Assembly: GCA_965222115.1 (NCBI GenBank)
Contig: CBDCTJ010000007.1
Coordinates: forward strand, 2,464,001-2,528,000
Origin: Planctomycetota bacterium
Lineage (GTDB): Bacteria; Planctomycetota; PLA2; JAEUHO01
Length of the DNA: 64,000 nt
Direction of reading: 5' to 3'
Shown here: positions 37,121 to 47,524 of the stretch, one piece after another
Layout of the letters: every line of letters begins with the position of its first letter
How positions within the stretch are numbered: position 1 is the first letter of the stretch
Notes under the pieces: generated by a model
Database searches by the model: none
Seen by the model: only the letters and a program-made list of their open reading frames with translations
Told to the model about the DNA's origin: nothing
Program-made: the position numbers and the translations under genes

Positions 37121-38245
37121 TTAGAGCGGGAACGCGCCGCCCGTGTCTTCAATGTCGCCGCTGCGCTTGATCTGATCCATCAACGCGTCGCGCTGCTCAC
37201 GGAGCTGGGCGGGCATCTCGTGCCACACGTCATCAAAGAGCGTCTCTACCGCCGGCTGGGGCGTGCTCTCAGCGGCTTCGACCGCCGCGGCGATGTCGGC
37301 CTGGATCGTTTCGGTAAGCTCCTTCTCCCAAGCCTCTGTCCAGAGCTTCTTCGTCTTGAGCCACGCACGGAAACGATCAATTGGGTCCTTCTTCTGCCAG
37401 GATTCGAATAGTTCTTTGGCTTGATAGCGGGACGGATCGTCACTTGACGAGTGGGGACCCATGCGGAAGGTCACCGTTTCGATCAGCGTGGGACCTTCTC
37501 CCTTTACTGCGCGTTCGCGAGCTTCCTTCGCGGCTTCGTACACTGCGAGCACGTCATTGCCATCGACACGCACGCCGCGCATGCCGTAGGCGATGGCCTT
37601 GTCGGCAAACGTTGTGGACGCGGTCTGTTGTTCCTGGGGAACTGAGATCGCCCAGTGGTTGTTCTCACACATGAACACGCACGGCGATTTCCATACACCC
37701 GCGAAATTGAGCCCCGCATGGAAGTCGTTGGATGACGTTCCACCATCGCCAAACCATGCCCACACGACTTTCTTGTCGCCGCGAATCTGTGCCGCACGCG
37801 CTGCACCTGCGGCCTGGCTAATCTGCGTGCCGATGGGCGAACTGATGCTTACCCAGTTGATATCGGGTATCGCAAAGTGGTTGGGCATCTGGCGACCCTT
37901 GACGAGGTCGGTGGCATTGCCCCAAAGTTGGTCGTAGAGCACCTTAAGTGGCACGTTCTTGAGCAGTGCGATCGAATGCGTGCGATACGACGGGAAGAGT
38001 ACGTCCTCATCGCCAAATGCATAGGCGGCACCAATCTGGCTCGCTTCCTGGCCTTTCGAGGGCACGAAAAATCCGATTCTGCCCTGACGCTGAAGGTTCA
38101 TGCCCCGCTGATCAAAGAGGCGCGTCATCAGCATGGCGCGAAAGAGGGACTTGAAATCCTCGTCCTTGAGGCCCGCAGGCGCGCGGCCCTTGGCCTTTCC
38201 CTTCGCTTCCATGACCGAGTGCATAGGTGGGGGTGCCGTGGTCAT
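37121..38245 (-). CDS. 2-oxoacid dehydrogenase E1 alpha, first paralogue
   Basis: LQRQGRIGFF, KGRQMPNH, GDGGTSSNDFH...NN, HSSSDDP; GAGGAG RBS before ATG 38245. Confidence 0.93.
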   Translation of the reverse strand: MTTAPPPMHSVMEAKGKAKGRAPAGLKDEDFKSLFRAMLMTRLFDQRGMNLQRQGRIGFFVPSKGQEASQIGAAYAFGDEDVLFPSYRTHSIALLKNVPLKVLYDQLWGNATDLVKGRQMPNHFAIPDINWVSISSPIGTQISQAAGAARAAQIRGDKKVVWAWFGDGGTSSNDFHAGLNFAGVWKSPCVFMCENNHWAISVPQEQQTASTTFADKAIAYGMRGVRVDGNDVLAVYEAAKEARERAVKGEGPTLIETVTFRMGPHSSSDDPSRYQAKELFESWQKKDPIDRFRAWLKTKKLWTEAWEKELTETIQADIAAAVEAAESTPQPAVETLFDDVWHEMPAQLREQRDALMDQIKRSGDIEDTGGAFPL

Positions 38246-38558
38246 GAAAACTCCTCTTTCGTGTGTCTCCGTCGCAACGAACAACCCGAGAGACGCCAAG
38301 CGAACGCGAAGGATACGCCGTCTCGAACTCGCCTCCAAGCGGCGTAGGTAGACCTACTCGCATTTGATTGCTATATGCAAATAAATCGATCAAAGTGTAC
38401 TTGTCTGTTGCCCAGCAAGGCACCACGCGCCGTACAGACAGCCCAAAAAATGGGGAGATGCGTGCATTCGATGGCGCTTTGAGGGTCGTCCGTGCGTACT
38501 ACGATGCCGACGTCTTTTTGGAGTCTACACCTTGCCGTCACCATACTTACAGCGGTTC

Positions 38559-39050
38559 GTGCACGCTCAACGCACCCGCCTGGCAATGAGCTGCTTCCTG
38601 GCCCTATTGCTTGTGGCTTGCGGCGGGAATGACACGTCCCTTTCCCGCGAAACAAGCAAATCGATGTCGGGCACCAAGACACCCGCACAGGTGCTAACGC
38701 GCCTCCGCACGGTCCTGAAGGACGGCCAAGGGCTGGCCAACGCGAATTGGCAGGAAGACATCGAAGCGGTAGTCAATGCCCTATGGCCCGATGCGCCCAC
38801 CTCCGAGCCCGCCATGCTGCACCGTCGATTGAGCATGATTACGGCCGACACAGCGCGCTGGCTTGCCCGCGGCAATGACGCGCGCATTGAATGGGAATTG
38901 AGATACCCGCTCGACGTCGCCATTCACGATGGATATCTGAAAGCGACCGGCATGGGCCCGGATGCGTACAAGGCGTGGTGCACCAGTGAAGGTGCCATGC
39001 TGCTCGACAAGAAGATTCGCGAGCAGATGCGCGAAGCCAAGAATCGATAG
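38559..39050 (+). CDS. Hypothetical lipoprotein
   Basis: Lipobox LVAC; start uncertain (38532/38559/38586). Confidence 0.6.
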   Translation: MHAQRTRLAMSCFLALLLVACGGNDTSLSRETSKSMSGTKTPAQVLTRLRTVLKDGQGLANANWQEDIEAVVNALWPDAPTSEPAMLHRRLSMITADTARWLARGNDARIEWELRYPLDVAIHDGYLKATGMGPDAYKAWCTSEGAMLLDKKIREQMREAKNR

Positions 39051-39091
39051 ACTCGGTTTGCCAATCTTAGTCATGTCTGGCGGGGGCAATC

Positions 39092-39637
39092 ATGTTTGAA
39101 GCATTTCGAGAAGACGAATGGGCGAACGCGCTTTCGTGGTACGACTATCTGAAGACGGTTAAGACGAAAGAAGACATTTGGGCGAGCTATGAGAAGCGCG
39201 CACGTGTGTCAGAACTAGCAGCATCACGATTGAAGGCACTGCCCGGGAGACGTAGGGCGCTGGTGTTGACCGAAGATTGGTGCGGCGACGCAGCGCGTTC
39301 CGTGCCACAGCTTCAAGCCATCTTTGATGCGACGGATCTCGTTGAGGCGCGGTACTTGTTGTCGGACGATCATCCAGATGTACTTTCGCGCTACACGTCG
39401 CACGGCGGTCGTGCTATTCCGATGTGCATCATTCAAGACGAGAAGAACAACGTGTTGGGTGTGTGGGGGCCACGACCGGCAGCGTTGCAGACAGTCATGC
39501 GGGCACGCAAAGTTGAGTTGGGGCCTTCGACGAAGGAGAATTTGGCCGAGTGGTACTCGCCTATTCTGGCGTGGTATGCGAAAGACAAGGGCGAGGCGGT
39601 GACGGATGAGATTCTGTTGGTTTTGGAGCGGGGGTAA
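39092..39637 (+). CDS. Thioredoxin-like protein (WCGD type)
   Basis: LVLTEDWCGDA, GGRAIP, WGPRP motifs. Confidence 0.88.
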   Translation: MFEAFREDEWANALSWYDYLKTVKTKEDIWASYEKRARVSELAASRLKALPGRRRALVLTEDWCGDAARSVPQLQAIFDATDLVEARYLLSDDHPDVLSRYTSHGGRAIPMCIIQDEKNNVLGVWGPRPAALQTVMRARKVELGPSTKENLAEWYSPILAWYAKDKGEAVTDEILLVLERG

Positions 39638-39727
39638 TGGTTGATTGATGATCCCGCAAGTTCTATCGTCGAGACGGACTCCTACTCGTGCTACTGGTTC
39701 GAGCGAACAAGTGCCGAGCATCAATCT

Positions 39728-41137
39728 CTAGTCGATAATCTCAAGTCGGACAAGAGCCTCTGCTTCGCCGCCCGCTCTATTCAGAATGAGATCTGCACGA
39801 CCCACTGGCACACCTGGCATCGGAGGAATAGTGAATGTGGCTCGCGTGGGCGAATGGACCGTGAGCACATAGTCGCGAGCCTCCCCACTGTCTGGGTGGC
39901 TACTGTCGAATGGGAATAGCACTGCGACATTGACGGTTGTGTCGAACTTGAAACCCTCGAGGCTTACAACCGCTCCCGCTGCGCGGCTCACGGCACGTGG
40001 CGAGATGCTGGTAATCGACACTCCACGTGGTTTGACATCGATCCTGTCCTGGATGTCCTTGGAGCCAGAAATGCAAAGGGCGAGAGTCTGGCCGAACTGG
40101 AATGGCGTGCTCGACTTCAAAGTGGATTCAGTCTGTCCAGCTACGTGAGAGTCCGATGCAAGGTTCGTTATTTTGTCACCTTGTGCGTTCATGCTCCAGA
40201 GTTCGAACGATGTCGAAGGTGGGCCGACGATTCTGATCGTGGTCTCGCCCACAAGGGCAGGCCATATGAAATAAGGAGACGCCTCATCGGACTCGAGCAC
40301 ATCATTCCTCACTGTCTGTTGCTCATCCGCACGCCCATCGCCATCCGTGTCGCGAACACGCAAGTCTTCGAAGACTGTACCTACCATCGCGGGGTCATCA
40401 CGATAGAGGCAAAGGCACTTGTCCGCCGTGTTGAACTCGATGACTCTGGTCTCCTTAAGCTCGTGCGTCTTTGTTGAGTCGAGAAAAACTGTCGCTGACA
40501 GGGCGTCGGGAACCCTGTCACCATTCCTGTCTGTCACGCGGCGAATTTCGTAGTTGCGCGTGTCGAACACGTAGCACTCCCCTGAGATAGTAGGAGCCAC
40601 GCTTGTCCAGCGTGCTCCTCCTGCAGGCGGGCTCGGATCCTCAATCGTAGCAACCAACTCATTTGCGGTGAAATGTCCGTCGTCGTTGGCGTCCCTGTAG
40701 TATTCAAGTCGGCCCTGGATGACTCCCACGATCTCAACATCGCCAACGATGCCGAGCAACAATCGGTCATCCGTCGATCGGTTGTACACGACGAATTCGT
40801 GAATCAGCGTGTAGTCAGTGGCAAGGGACGTTGGATTCTGTGGAGGCAACGAATGGGGTGCGCATTCGATCGTTGATGCACCTACTAGAAAATAATCCGC
40901 CTCAACTGCGGCACCGTGTGGATCTAGGATGCCAAACTGCATACCAAGGAGCGGAATTACGACTTCTGATGAGGTTGGCGGCAATGCTGCCTGGGCATTG
41001 AACGGCACCCACGGCGTATACACATCTGTTTCGTCTAGATGCGGATCATCGGCTGAGGATCCGCAGGAGACGAGCATGATCGCGCATACCAGGCCGACAG
41101 CCAGTCGGTACGCGTACGAGATTAGGGACTTAGACAT
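39728..41137 (-). CDS. Hypothetical lipoprotein with DxDxDG motifs and C-terminal IPT/TIG-like domain
   Basis: Lipobox LVSC; DANDDG, DRNGD, DTDGDGRAD; ITSISP...VSLEG..F. Start uncertain (ORF extends to 41227). Confidence 0.65.
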   Translation of the reverse strand: MSKSLISYAYRLAVGLVCAIMLVSCGSSADDPHLDETDVYTPWVPFNAQAALPPTSSEVVIPLLGMQFGILDPHGAAVEADYFLVGASTIECAPHSLPPQNPTSLATDYTLIHEFVVYNRSTDDRLLLGIVGDVEIVGVIQGRLEYYRDANDDGHFTANELVATIEDPSPPAGGARWTSVAPTISGECYVFDTRNYEIRRVTDRNGDRVPDALSATVFLDSTKTHELKETRVIEFNTADKCLCLYRDDPAMVGTVFEDLRVRDTDGDGRADEQQTVRNDVLESDEASPYFIWPALVGETTIRIVGPPSTSFELWSMNAQGDKITNLASDSHVAGQTESTLKSSTPFQFGQTLALCISGSKDIQDRIDVKPRGVSITSISPRAVSRAAGAVVSLEGFKFDTTVNVAVLFPFDSSHPDSGEARDYVLTVHSPTRATFTIPPMPGVPVGRADLILNRAGGEAEALVRLEIID

Positions 41138-41386
41138 ACCGCGCTTCATCGTATCAATCGGAGAGGCGATGTACGGATCGATTGTGAATCTCGCGGGCGA
41201 CAAATTGGCGGACTGATGTTCGACCATGAACGAATAGGGTCAGGCAACAGATTAGGATTCGGATTCAGACGCGGAAAGAGTTTGTGGTCACATTGTCTCC
41301 TTCCTGCACAATCTCCTTCGAAGTGATTCAGCACGCAATCATTCGCGTCGAGTTACGGTGTAGATGACTCATCGTAGGAGCAGGGT

Positions 41387-42349
41387 ATGCACCGACTCAT
41401 AACCTTCGTCCGCGCGAGCCTAGATCTCTTCGTCAAGACCCTCGCGATCTTCGCATTGGCGAACGTGTTGATCGCGGCCGTAGCGCCGTCCTACGCCTGC
41501 AACTGGTTGTGGATTCAGGGATCGCCGGTGCCGTCGGGTCTGGTGACGCTCATTCTGATTGGCTTCGGCCTGAGTACTTTGTTGAGAACAAAGGCCGCGC
41601 GAGGGTTTACGTTCGCAGTTGCGGGGATCTGCTTGCTGGATGCAATCTCGTATTGGTCATTGCTTGACCGCGGCGAGATCCAATCGTCCGTCGGCGTGCC
41701 CATGAGTGCTGGTATTGCGGCGCTCCTGCTGGGAGGTGTCGTCTTTCCGCGCATGGTCATACGAGGGCGTGCGCGTCGGTGGCTGGGGCGGGTTGCGGTT
41801 GTCGCCGCGGTGTCGATGATGCTGGTCAGTTGCGTGTGGGTGCATTTGACCTGCTTTGGTGAAAGTAACTACCGACGCGAGGCCGACGCCGCGGTGGTGT
41901 TTGGGTGCAAGGTGAATGTCGATGGACGGCCAAGCGGCGCGCTGCTCGATCGCACGCGCACTGCCTGCGATCTATACAACCGAGGACTTGTTTCGCAGTT
42001 GGTGTTTTCCGGTGGACACACGCCCGGCACGGCGTTGAGTGAACCCGAGTGCATGAAACGCATCGCGGTGCGTGCCGGCGTACCGGAGCATGCAATTGTG
42101 CTCGACCTCAAAGGCGCAACCACGAGGGATACGCTGGATGAAGTCGCGCGCCTGTCCAAGCACAACGATTGGACGCGCGTTCTCATGGTGAGCCACGACT
42201 ATCACTTGGCGCGCATCAAGCTCGCTTGCAAACGACGTGGGATCGCTGGCTATACCGTTCCCGCAGTCGAAACGGTTCCGTGGCCCGGTAAGCCCTTGGC
42301 CGTCATGCGTGAGATTACCGCGTTCGGGTGGTACGTAATTAAGGCGTAG
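41387..42349 (+). CDS. YdcF/SanA/ElyC (DUF218) family membrane protein
   Basis: Five N-terminal hydrophobic segments then DAAVVFG, LVFSGG, SE..CM, VSHDYHLAR. Confidence 0.88.
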   Translation: MHRLITFVRASLDLFVKTLAIFALANVLIAAVAPSYACNWLWIQGSPVPSGLVTLILIGFGLSTLLRTKAARGFTFAVAGICLLDAISYWSLLDRGEIQSSVGVPMSAGIAALLLGGVVFPRMVIRGRARRWLGRVAVVAAVSMMLVSCVWVHLTCFGESNYRREADAAVVFGCKVNVDGRPSGALLDRTRTACDLYNRGLVSQLVFSGGHTPGTALSEPECMKRIAVRAGVPEHAIVLDLKGATTRDTLDEVARLSKHNDWTRVLMVSHDYHLARIKLACKRRGIAGYTVPAVETVPWPGKPLAVMREITAFGWYVIKA

Positions 42350-43466
42350 TCTCAAGTCTGCGCGACACGTGTGCACGCATGGCTTTGTGGGCATCGGCGA
42401 GCGAAAACTGTTCTACCAGTCGATCGAATAGCGCTTGTCCCAACGCCGCATGGGCTCCAGGGGCTTGACTGAGCACTAGCATGAGACGATTTCGAAGTGC
42501 TTGCATGTCGCCCGCTGGAACGGTGTTGCCTAGATCACCCAAGACTTCGGGTATTCCGCCGGCATTCGAGGCGACGATTGGTCGCTTTGCGGCCATGGCC
42601 TCCAAGAGCACCATGCCAAAACCCTCCTCGTGGCTGGGATGCACAAACACGTCAAAGGCGCGCATGAACTTGTGCGCCTCGGGGATGTGTCCCATCCACG
42701 TTACGCGGTTGGCAATGCCGAGCCGCCCTGCTTGGGCCTCAAGCGCTTCGCGTTCTGGGCCGTCTCCCAGGATGACCAACTGCGACTCTCGAAATTCGTC
42801 GCTGCTCAAGGCGTCGAGCAACGTGTGGATGCCCTTGCCGGGAACGAGGCGTGACACTACGCCCAGTATGCGCCCATCAAACTCGTCAATTCCCAGTGCC
42901 GCGCGAGCTTCTTCGCGATCGAGCTGCGCGTTTCGAATGGCTTCTACATCCAACGCGTTGGGAATGATCTCGATTCGATCCTTGTCGATGCCGTGTTCGA
43001 TGAGATCGGTTTGCACGGCGTTGGAAATGGCCACGAATGACCAGCGATCATCGAGAAACTTGCGAACGCGTGTCTTTCTACGACGTTTGCGCATGGTCCC
43101 ACGACCATGCACGACGACGATGCCGGTCTTGTACTCACTAGCCAGCGCGCGACTCGCGAGAATGGCGCCACGCATGCGATGGGCAATTATGCAATCGAAC
43201 GGTTGCTTATTCGTATGTACCTCAAGGGCCTCGCGCATGGCGCGTTCGAGCACAGTCCGCCGCGATCCCTTGAGGTTCGCTTTCTGCGCATTCAGGCAGA
43301 TGCCTTCCCTTTGCGCACCTTTGCCTTCCTGATGGGGGGCGAGCAAGTAAAGCGGGAGCGAGGCGTATTCTGGCGGCGCGAACGCATCGAGCAGTCGATA
43401 CGCCAAGTTGTTTACATCGGGATCGTACCGAAACGAAATGTGCAGGATGTGGGGTGGCTTAGACAC
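42339..43466 (-). CDS. Glycosyltransferase family 4
   Basis: FVHPSHEEGFGMVLLEAMAAKRPIVASNAGGIPE; GTG start overlaps the upstream stop. Confidence 0.92.
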   Translation of the reverse strand: MSKPPHILHISFRYDPDVNNLAYRLLDAFAPPEYASLPLYLLAPHQEGKGAQREGICLNAQKANLKGSRRTVLERAMREALEVHTNKQPFDCIIAHRMRGAILASRALASEYKTGIVVVHGRGTMRKRRRKTRVRKFLDDRWSFVAISNAVQTDLIEHGIDKDRIEIIPNALDVEAIRNAQLDREEARAALGIDEFDGRILGVVSRLVPGKGIHTLLDALSSDEFRESQLVILGDGPEREALEAQAGRLGIANRVTWMGHIPEAHKFMRAFDVFVHPSHEEGFGMVLLEAMAAKRPIVASNAGGIPEVLGDLGNTVPAGDMQALRNRLMLVLSQAPGAHAALGQALFDRLVEQFSLADAHKAMRAHVSRRLETTP

Positions 43467-44349
43467 GGTGCAGCAATCGGTGGAGTGCTCTGTGAACGCG
43501 CAAGGCACTCAGGTTGAACTTCCATTGCTTCACACCCATGCGTGTGGGCAGTGAAAAGCGCGGCGCCACGACTTCACCCGGTGCAAAGGCGGGTCGCCAA
43601 TAGCACGCACTGCTCTGTTTTCGGAAGATCGAGAGCGTGGGGGTCCCCAGCGCGGAGGCAAGGTGACCCACGCCTGAGTCGACGGCGACGAGTGCGCGAA
43701 CTGACGCGAGAACGCGTGCGAGATCCATGAGCGTAGGCGTGGGTGCGACGTTGATGTCGGCTCCGAGCGCAGATTTCAATGCGTCAACCTGTTCGTGCGC
43801 CGCGATCCACTCGACATCGAAGCCATCGTCGGCTAGTCGATTACTCAATCGACGATAGCCGGTCATGCGCCAGTCCTTTACCTTGTGGGCGCTCATGGGA
43901 TGGATCGCAATCACATTTGCGCGTCGCGTATCCCAATTGGGTGGTGCATTGATGCCGGACGTGTAGGGCTCTTCGAGCCCAAACCCCCAAGCCTGGATCA
44001 TGCGCGCGCTGAGGCTTGCCAAGTGATGCACGGTTCGATTGCCGTAGCGCTTGCGATAAAGAATGCGCTGATCGTTCGGTGGTAGATCCGCCTCCGCAGA
44101 AACGTAGCTCTTGCTGCCCACGAATACGCGTCCAGATGAATGGACGATGGCTTGCAGGGATTCGCCGAGGGGCGTGGGCTCAATCGTGTGGTTCGGGTAG
44201 AGTGCCGCGGTAGGCAGGAGTGCGTTTGAGTAGACCACCGACGCATGGCCGAGGTCGCGCGCACGTTCGGCCATCGCCATGGTGAGCACTGCGTCGCCCA
44301 GCCCCTGCGCGCAGAGAAATTGAATCGGAGGCGACGATTCGTTCGTCAT
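43459..44349 (-). CDS. Glycosyltransferase family 9 (heptosyltransferase-like)
   Basis: GLGDAVL, IHPMSA..KDW, VDSGVGHLASALGTPTLSIF. Confidence 0.88.
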   Translation of the reverse strand: MTNESSPPIQFLCAQGLGDAVLTMAMAERARDLGHASVVYSNALLPTAALYPNHTIEPTPLGESLQAIVHSSGRVFVGSKSYVSAEADLPPNDQRILYRKRYGNRTVHHLASLSARMIQAWGFGLEEPYTSGINAPPNWDTRRANVIAIHPMSAHKVKDWRMTGYRRLSNRLADDGFDVEWIAAHEQVDALKSALGADINVAPTPTLMDLARVLASVRALVAVDSGVGHLASALGTPTLSIFRKQSSACYWRPAFAPGEVVAPRFSLPTRMGVKQWKFNLSALRVHRALHRLLHRV

Positions 44350-44449
44350 GGCACACGCCGATGAGCACGCGACGCCTCAAAGGCGGGCGTCGCGAAACTC
44401 AAGATCAAGCGCTGAGCGGCAGTGTTGAGGTGCGGGTTGAGGTGCTGAG

Positions 44450-44677
44450 TTAGCGACCGCGCGGGCGACACACGCGGCGCTCGGTCTCGTTGCAACCGGG
44501 CCAGTTGGTCGTGTAGGTGCCGTCGAGAATGTCGCACTCTTTGTAGTAGCCCCAGCCGTCTTCACAGCGCGCGCAACATCCGGTCATCGCACCGCCGAGC
44601 AGCGCGAGAACGAGAACGCAGACTGTCTTGCCAATGAATGCTCTGCCTAGGAATGCTTGGTTGAACATGGACCGCAT
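44450..44677 (-). CDS. Small Cys-rich lipoprotein (75 aa)
   Basis: GGAGGAGG RBS, signal ending MTGC, mature CCARCEDGWGYYKECDILDGTYTTNWPGCNETERRVCRPRGR. Confidence 0.7.
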   Translation of the reverse strand: MRSMFNQAFLGRAFIGKTVCVLVLALLGGAMTGCCARCEDGWGYYKECDILDGTYTTNWPGCNETERRVCRPRGR

Positions 44678-44815
44678 CGGTGCCTCCTCCGAAGTAGGCC
44701 TGCAGCAATGAAACCGCCGCCTATCTATGCCCTTCGGCTGGATTTGGTCCCGACCAAAGCCCGTTTGCCCATTGCCAGCGTCCATTTCCCCATTATTGGG
44801 GTGTCTTGAGGCTAC

Positions 44816-45124
44816 CTACGCCTTTTCCATGGACGCCACGAGTGGAAATCCACGGGGTCGGGCCAGCGAGCGAACTTGCTCCACATAGAGCTCGGCGCGC
44901 TCAAAATTCGTAACCACGATCAGCGCCGACCCGGTGTGATGAATCTCATAGGTGAGCCGCACGGCCTCGGCCTGGGCTTTGTGGAAGATCTTCTTGAGCA
45001 AGGAAATGACGAACTCGATCGTGGTCACGTCGTCGTCGTGGAGCAAGACCTTCCACTGTGGCGCAAGAGCGGTTTTCTCTTCCGTTTCCGACTCGGGGAC
45101 CAGGACCGGGGCTTCAGTACTCAC
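44816..45124 (-). CDS. clpS: Clp protease adaptor ClpS
   Basis: WKVLLHDDDVTTIEFV, EIHHTG, GFPL...E. Confidence 0.93.
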   Translation of the reverse strand: MSTEAPVLVPESETEEKTALAPQWKVLLHDDDVTTIEFVISLLKKIFHKAQAEAVRLTYEIHHTGSALIVVTNFERAELYVEQVRSLARPRGFPLVASMEKA

Positions 45125-45163
45125 GCCACCGACTATAGCGGATTGGGGGCCCTGGTGGGGAAA

Positions 45164-47524
45164 TCACATGTCAATCTCTACGCCCACCACGATGTTGCGG
45201 CCGGGTTCGTTCTGGCCCGAGCCGTGAACGCGGTAGTACTCGTCGAGGATGTTCTCGACGCCCGCCGTGATGTAGAGGTTGTCCTGTACGCGATAGCCAG
45301 CGCGCAAATTGAGGATATTCCAGCTCGGCGTGCCGCCGGGAGGGATGCGGCGTGTGTCGGCTCTGTCGCGAAGCGACAGGCGGTCTTCCTTCGCAGAGGC
45401 AAACCACTCTAGCTGCGCGAAGAGGTCGCCGTTCTTGTAGGGGTCGTAGCGCAACGCCACCATGCCGCTGAGCGGTTTCATACGGCTGAGGGGACTGTCT
45501 ACGAGATCCCCGGAGGCGGCGTCAAACTCCTGCACCTCAGCATCCATGTACGAGACGTGACCGAAGAGCGTGAATGCGGGATGAAAGCGCCACGCGGCCT
45601 CGACATCGATGCCATACGCCCATCCGTCTCCGATGTTGTCCTTGCGGACTTCCGGGACGCCGTCAATGAGTGCACCGGTGGGGGAGCGGATGATCGTGTT
45701 GTCCAAACCGGTATACCAAAGCGCCGTTCGTAGACGCGCATTGTCCGTCGTTACTCGATGCCCCAACTCAACTGACCACATATCCTCTGCGTCAAGATCC
45801 GGAGCGGGCGTCTCTACCACGCTGCTGCTTTCTAACGACGTCAAGTCGTGCAGGGAAGGTGGGCGAAAGCCCGTGGATGCGCGCGCATAGAATTCACGGC
45901 CACAGCCGAGGTTGTAGTCCACACCCAGCGAGCCGGTCAGCTGCGACCATGACCCATCGACGGAAATGATGTTGCCCGGTGTAAGCGGATCGGCTCCGGC
46001 CACGGCCGGATTATCTACGCGATCGGCGTTGGCGGAGGCATACGTAAAGCGAAGTCCGCCAATGAACGTCCAGCGACCGTAGGGAATCTTTTGCTCGACA
46101 AACGCGGCAAGTAGGTCGTAACTTGCGTCGTCACCCATCGGACCCTGAACATTGCGAGCGGGGGCGCTGCCCGGCCGGAAGTCGGTACGAAACGTGTCGG
46201 CATCATCGTGGTAATACGACAAGCCATACGTCAGCGGGCCGATGCCGGTACGCTGTGTGACGTAGGTTTCCAATCCAATCTGTTGCAGTGTAAAACTCGA
46301 GAGATCACGTCGTCCGCCCGTACGAAGTCGATCTCGTTCTTCCTCGTGGTGGTGAAAACTCAGGCGAATGTCGGCCTCTTGAATGAACCCTCGTGTTGAT
46401 GGTGCTTCGTAGTGAGCCGACGTATACGCCAGGATGCGCCGTTGGTCGTGATCGCGCTTGAGTTCGGATCCGACCGATGTGCCTTTGAACGAAATCGCAT
46501 CGACTGTGCGTTCCGTGCGCGGCGCGTCGGTTTGATTGAGGTACTGAAAGCCTGCCGCGACATGCCATCCGCCGCCAATGAGCCCGTCAACTCGAAAGTC
46601 GGCGGCGTGTTCATCGGCCCCACCGGTACCCGGCAATCGAGTGTCATCGCCTGCGACGATATCCCCATACACCTTGCGTGTGTAGCCAGCAAACCAACCG
46701 AAGTTGCCACAGTTGCCCTCGCGCTCCATGCGGTCATAGAACGCGCGTTCCGCGGACGCGTATCGCATGATATTTCGCGTGTTCGTGTGGCGACCGGGTT
46801 CGAAACTACGGCGCTGTTTGGGCGTGACGCGAATCGTGCCGCCCCAGGCGTCACTTCCGTAACGCACGGAATGGGGTCCGCGGTCGATGTCGATGCGCTC
46901 AATGCTGTAGGGATCGATGGTGCTCCAGTACTGCACGGGGCCGGCTCGAAATGCGCTGTTGTTTAGACGCAGGCCGTCTATCAACATCACGTTCTTGTAG
47001 CCTGTGAAGCCACGAACGAAAGGCGAGGCCTGGAGGGGTGCTGTTTTTTGAATCAACACGCCTGGTACGCGGGAAAGAGCGTCGGGGACCGAGCGCACCA
47101 TGACCTCGCGCGTGAGCACTTGTTCCGACATCGCGTCAACAAGTGCCGGTGATGGAGTACTCGTGGCAGGAGCCGGTTGGGGCGCGGGTGTAGTGGGCGC
47201 TGCGAGAGGCGTGGGCTGTGCAGGTGCCGGAGACGCTTGGGGTTCCACATAGGGCCCTGGTGGCAAGGCGTAGGGTGTGGTCGGCGACGGCCCGATGGTG
47301 GTGGGCGGTATGCGCGGCGCCTCGATTTCGATGGGATCCAACTCTTGAGGGGCGAAATCTTGAGAAGCCAAATCTTGAGAATGCTGTGTCGGCGCAGATT
47401 CCGACGTCGTCTCGTCGCCATATCCGGTCGACCCAAAGGAACCAAGCACCAGAATCGCGAAGCATGCGCACCGGAGGCGAAATCCACATCTCGGGTACGA
47501 TTGCTCGCCGTAGTCTCGCAGCAC
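45164..47524 (-). CDS. TonB-dependent outer-membrane receptor
   Basis: Plug VPDALSRVPGV..Q, SPFVRG, IDGLRLN, SVRYGSDAWGG; C-terminal ENILDEYY...PGRN. Start uncertain (47524 GTG or 47560). Confidence 0.92.
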   Translation of the reverse strand: MLRDYGEQSYPRCGFRLRCACFAILVLGSFGSTGYGDETTSESAPTQHSQDLASQDFAPQELDPIEIEAPRIPPTTIGPSPTTPYALPPGPYVEPQASPAPAQPTPLAAPTTPAPQPAPATSTPSPALVDAMSEQVLTREVMVRSVPDALSRVPGVLIQKTAPLQASPFVRGFTGYKNVMLIDGLRLNNSAFRAGPVQYWSTIDPYSIERIDIDRGPHSVRYGSDAWGGTIRVTPKQRRSFEPGRHTNTRNIMRYASAERAFYDRMEREGNCGNFGWFAGYTRKVYGDIVAGDDTRLPGTGGADEHAADFRVDGLIGGGWHVAAGFQYLNQTDAPRTERTVDAISFKGTSVGSELKRDHDQRRILAYTSAHYEAPSTRGFIQEADIRLSFHHHEEERDRLRTGGRRDLSSFTLQQIGLETYVTQRTGIGPLTYGLSYYHDDADTFRTDFRPGSAPARNVQGPMGDDASYDLLAAFVEQKIPYGRWTFIGGLRFTYASANADRVDNPAVAGADPLTPGNIISVDGSWSQLTGSLGVDYNLGCGREFYARASTGFRPPSLHDLTSLESSSVVETPAPDLDAEDMWSVELGHRVTTDNARLRTALWYTGLDNTIIRSPTGALIDGVPEVRKDNIGDGWAYGIDVEAAWRFHPAFTLFGHVSYMDAEVQEFDAASGDLVDSPLSRMKPLSGMVALRYDPYKNGDLFAQLEWFASAKEDRLSLRDRADTRRIPPGGTPSWNILNLRAGYRVQDNLYITAGVENILDEYYRVHGSGQNEPGRNIVVGVEIDM

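Noticed and set aside
38363-38394. TTGAT...ATCAA as an FNR site in the dehydrogenase promoter region
   Set aside because: Half-site spacing is ~20 nt rather than 4; the inner TTGC-TATAT-GCAA could be an operator but is unsupported.
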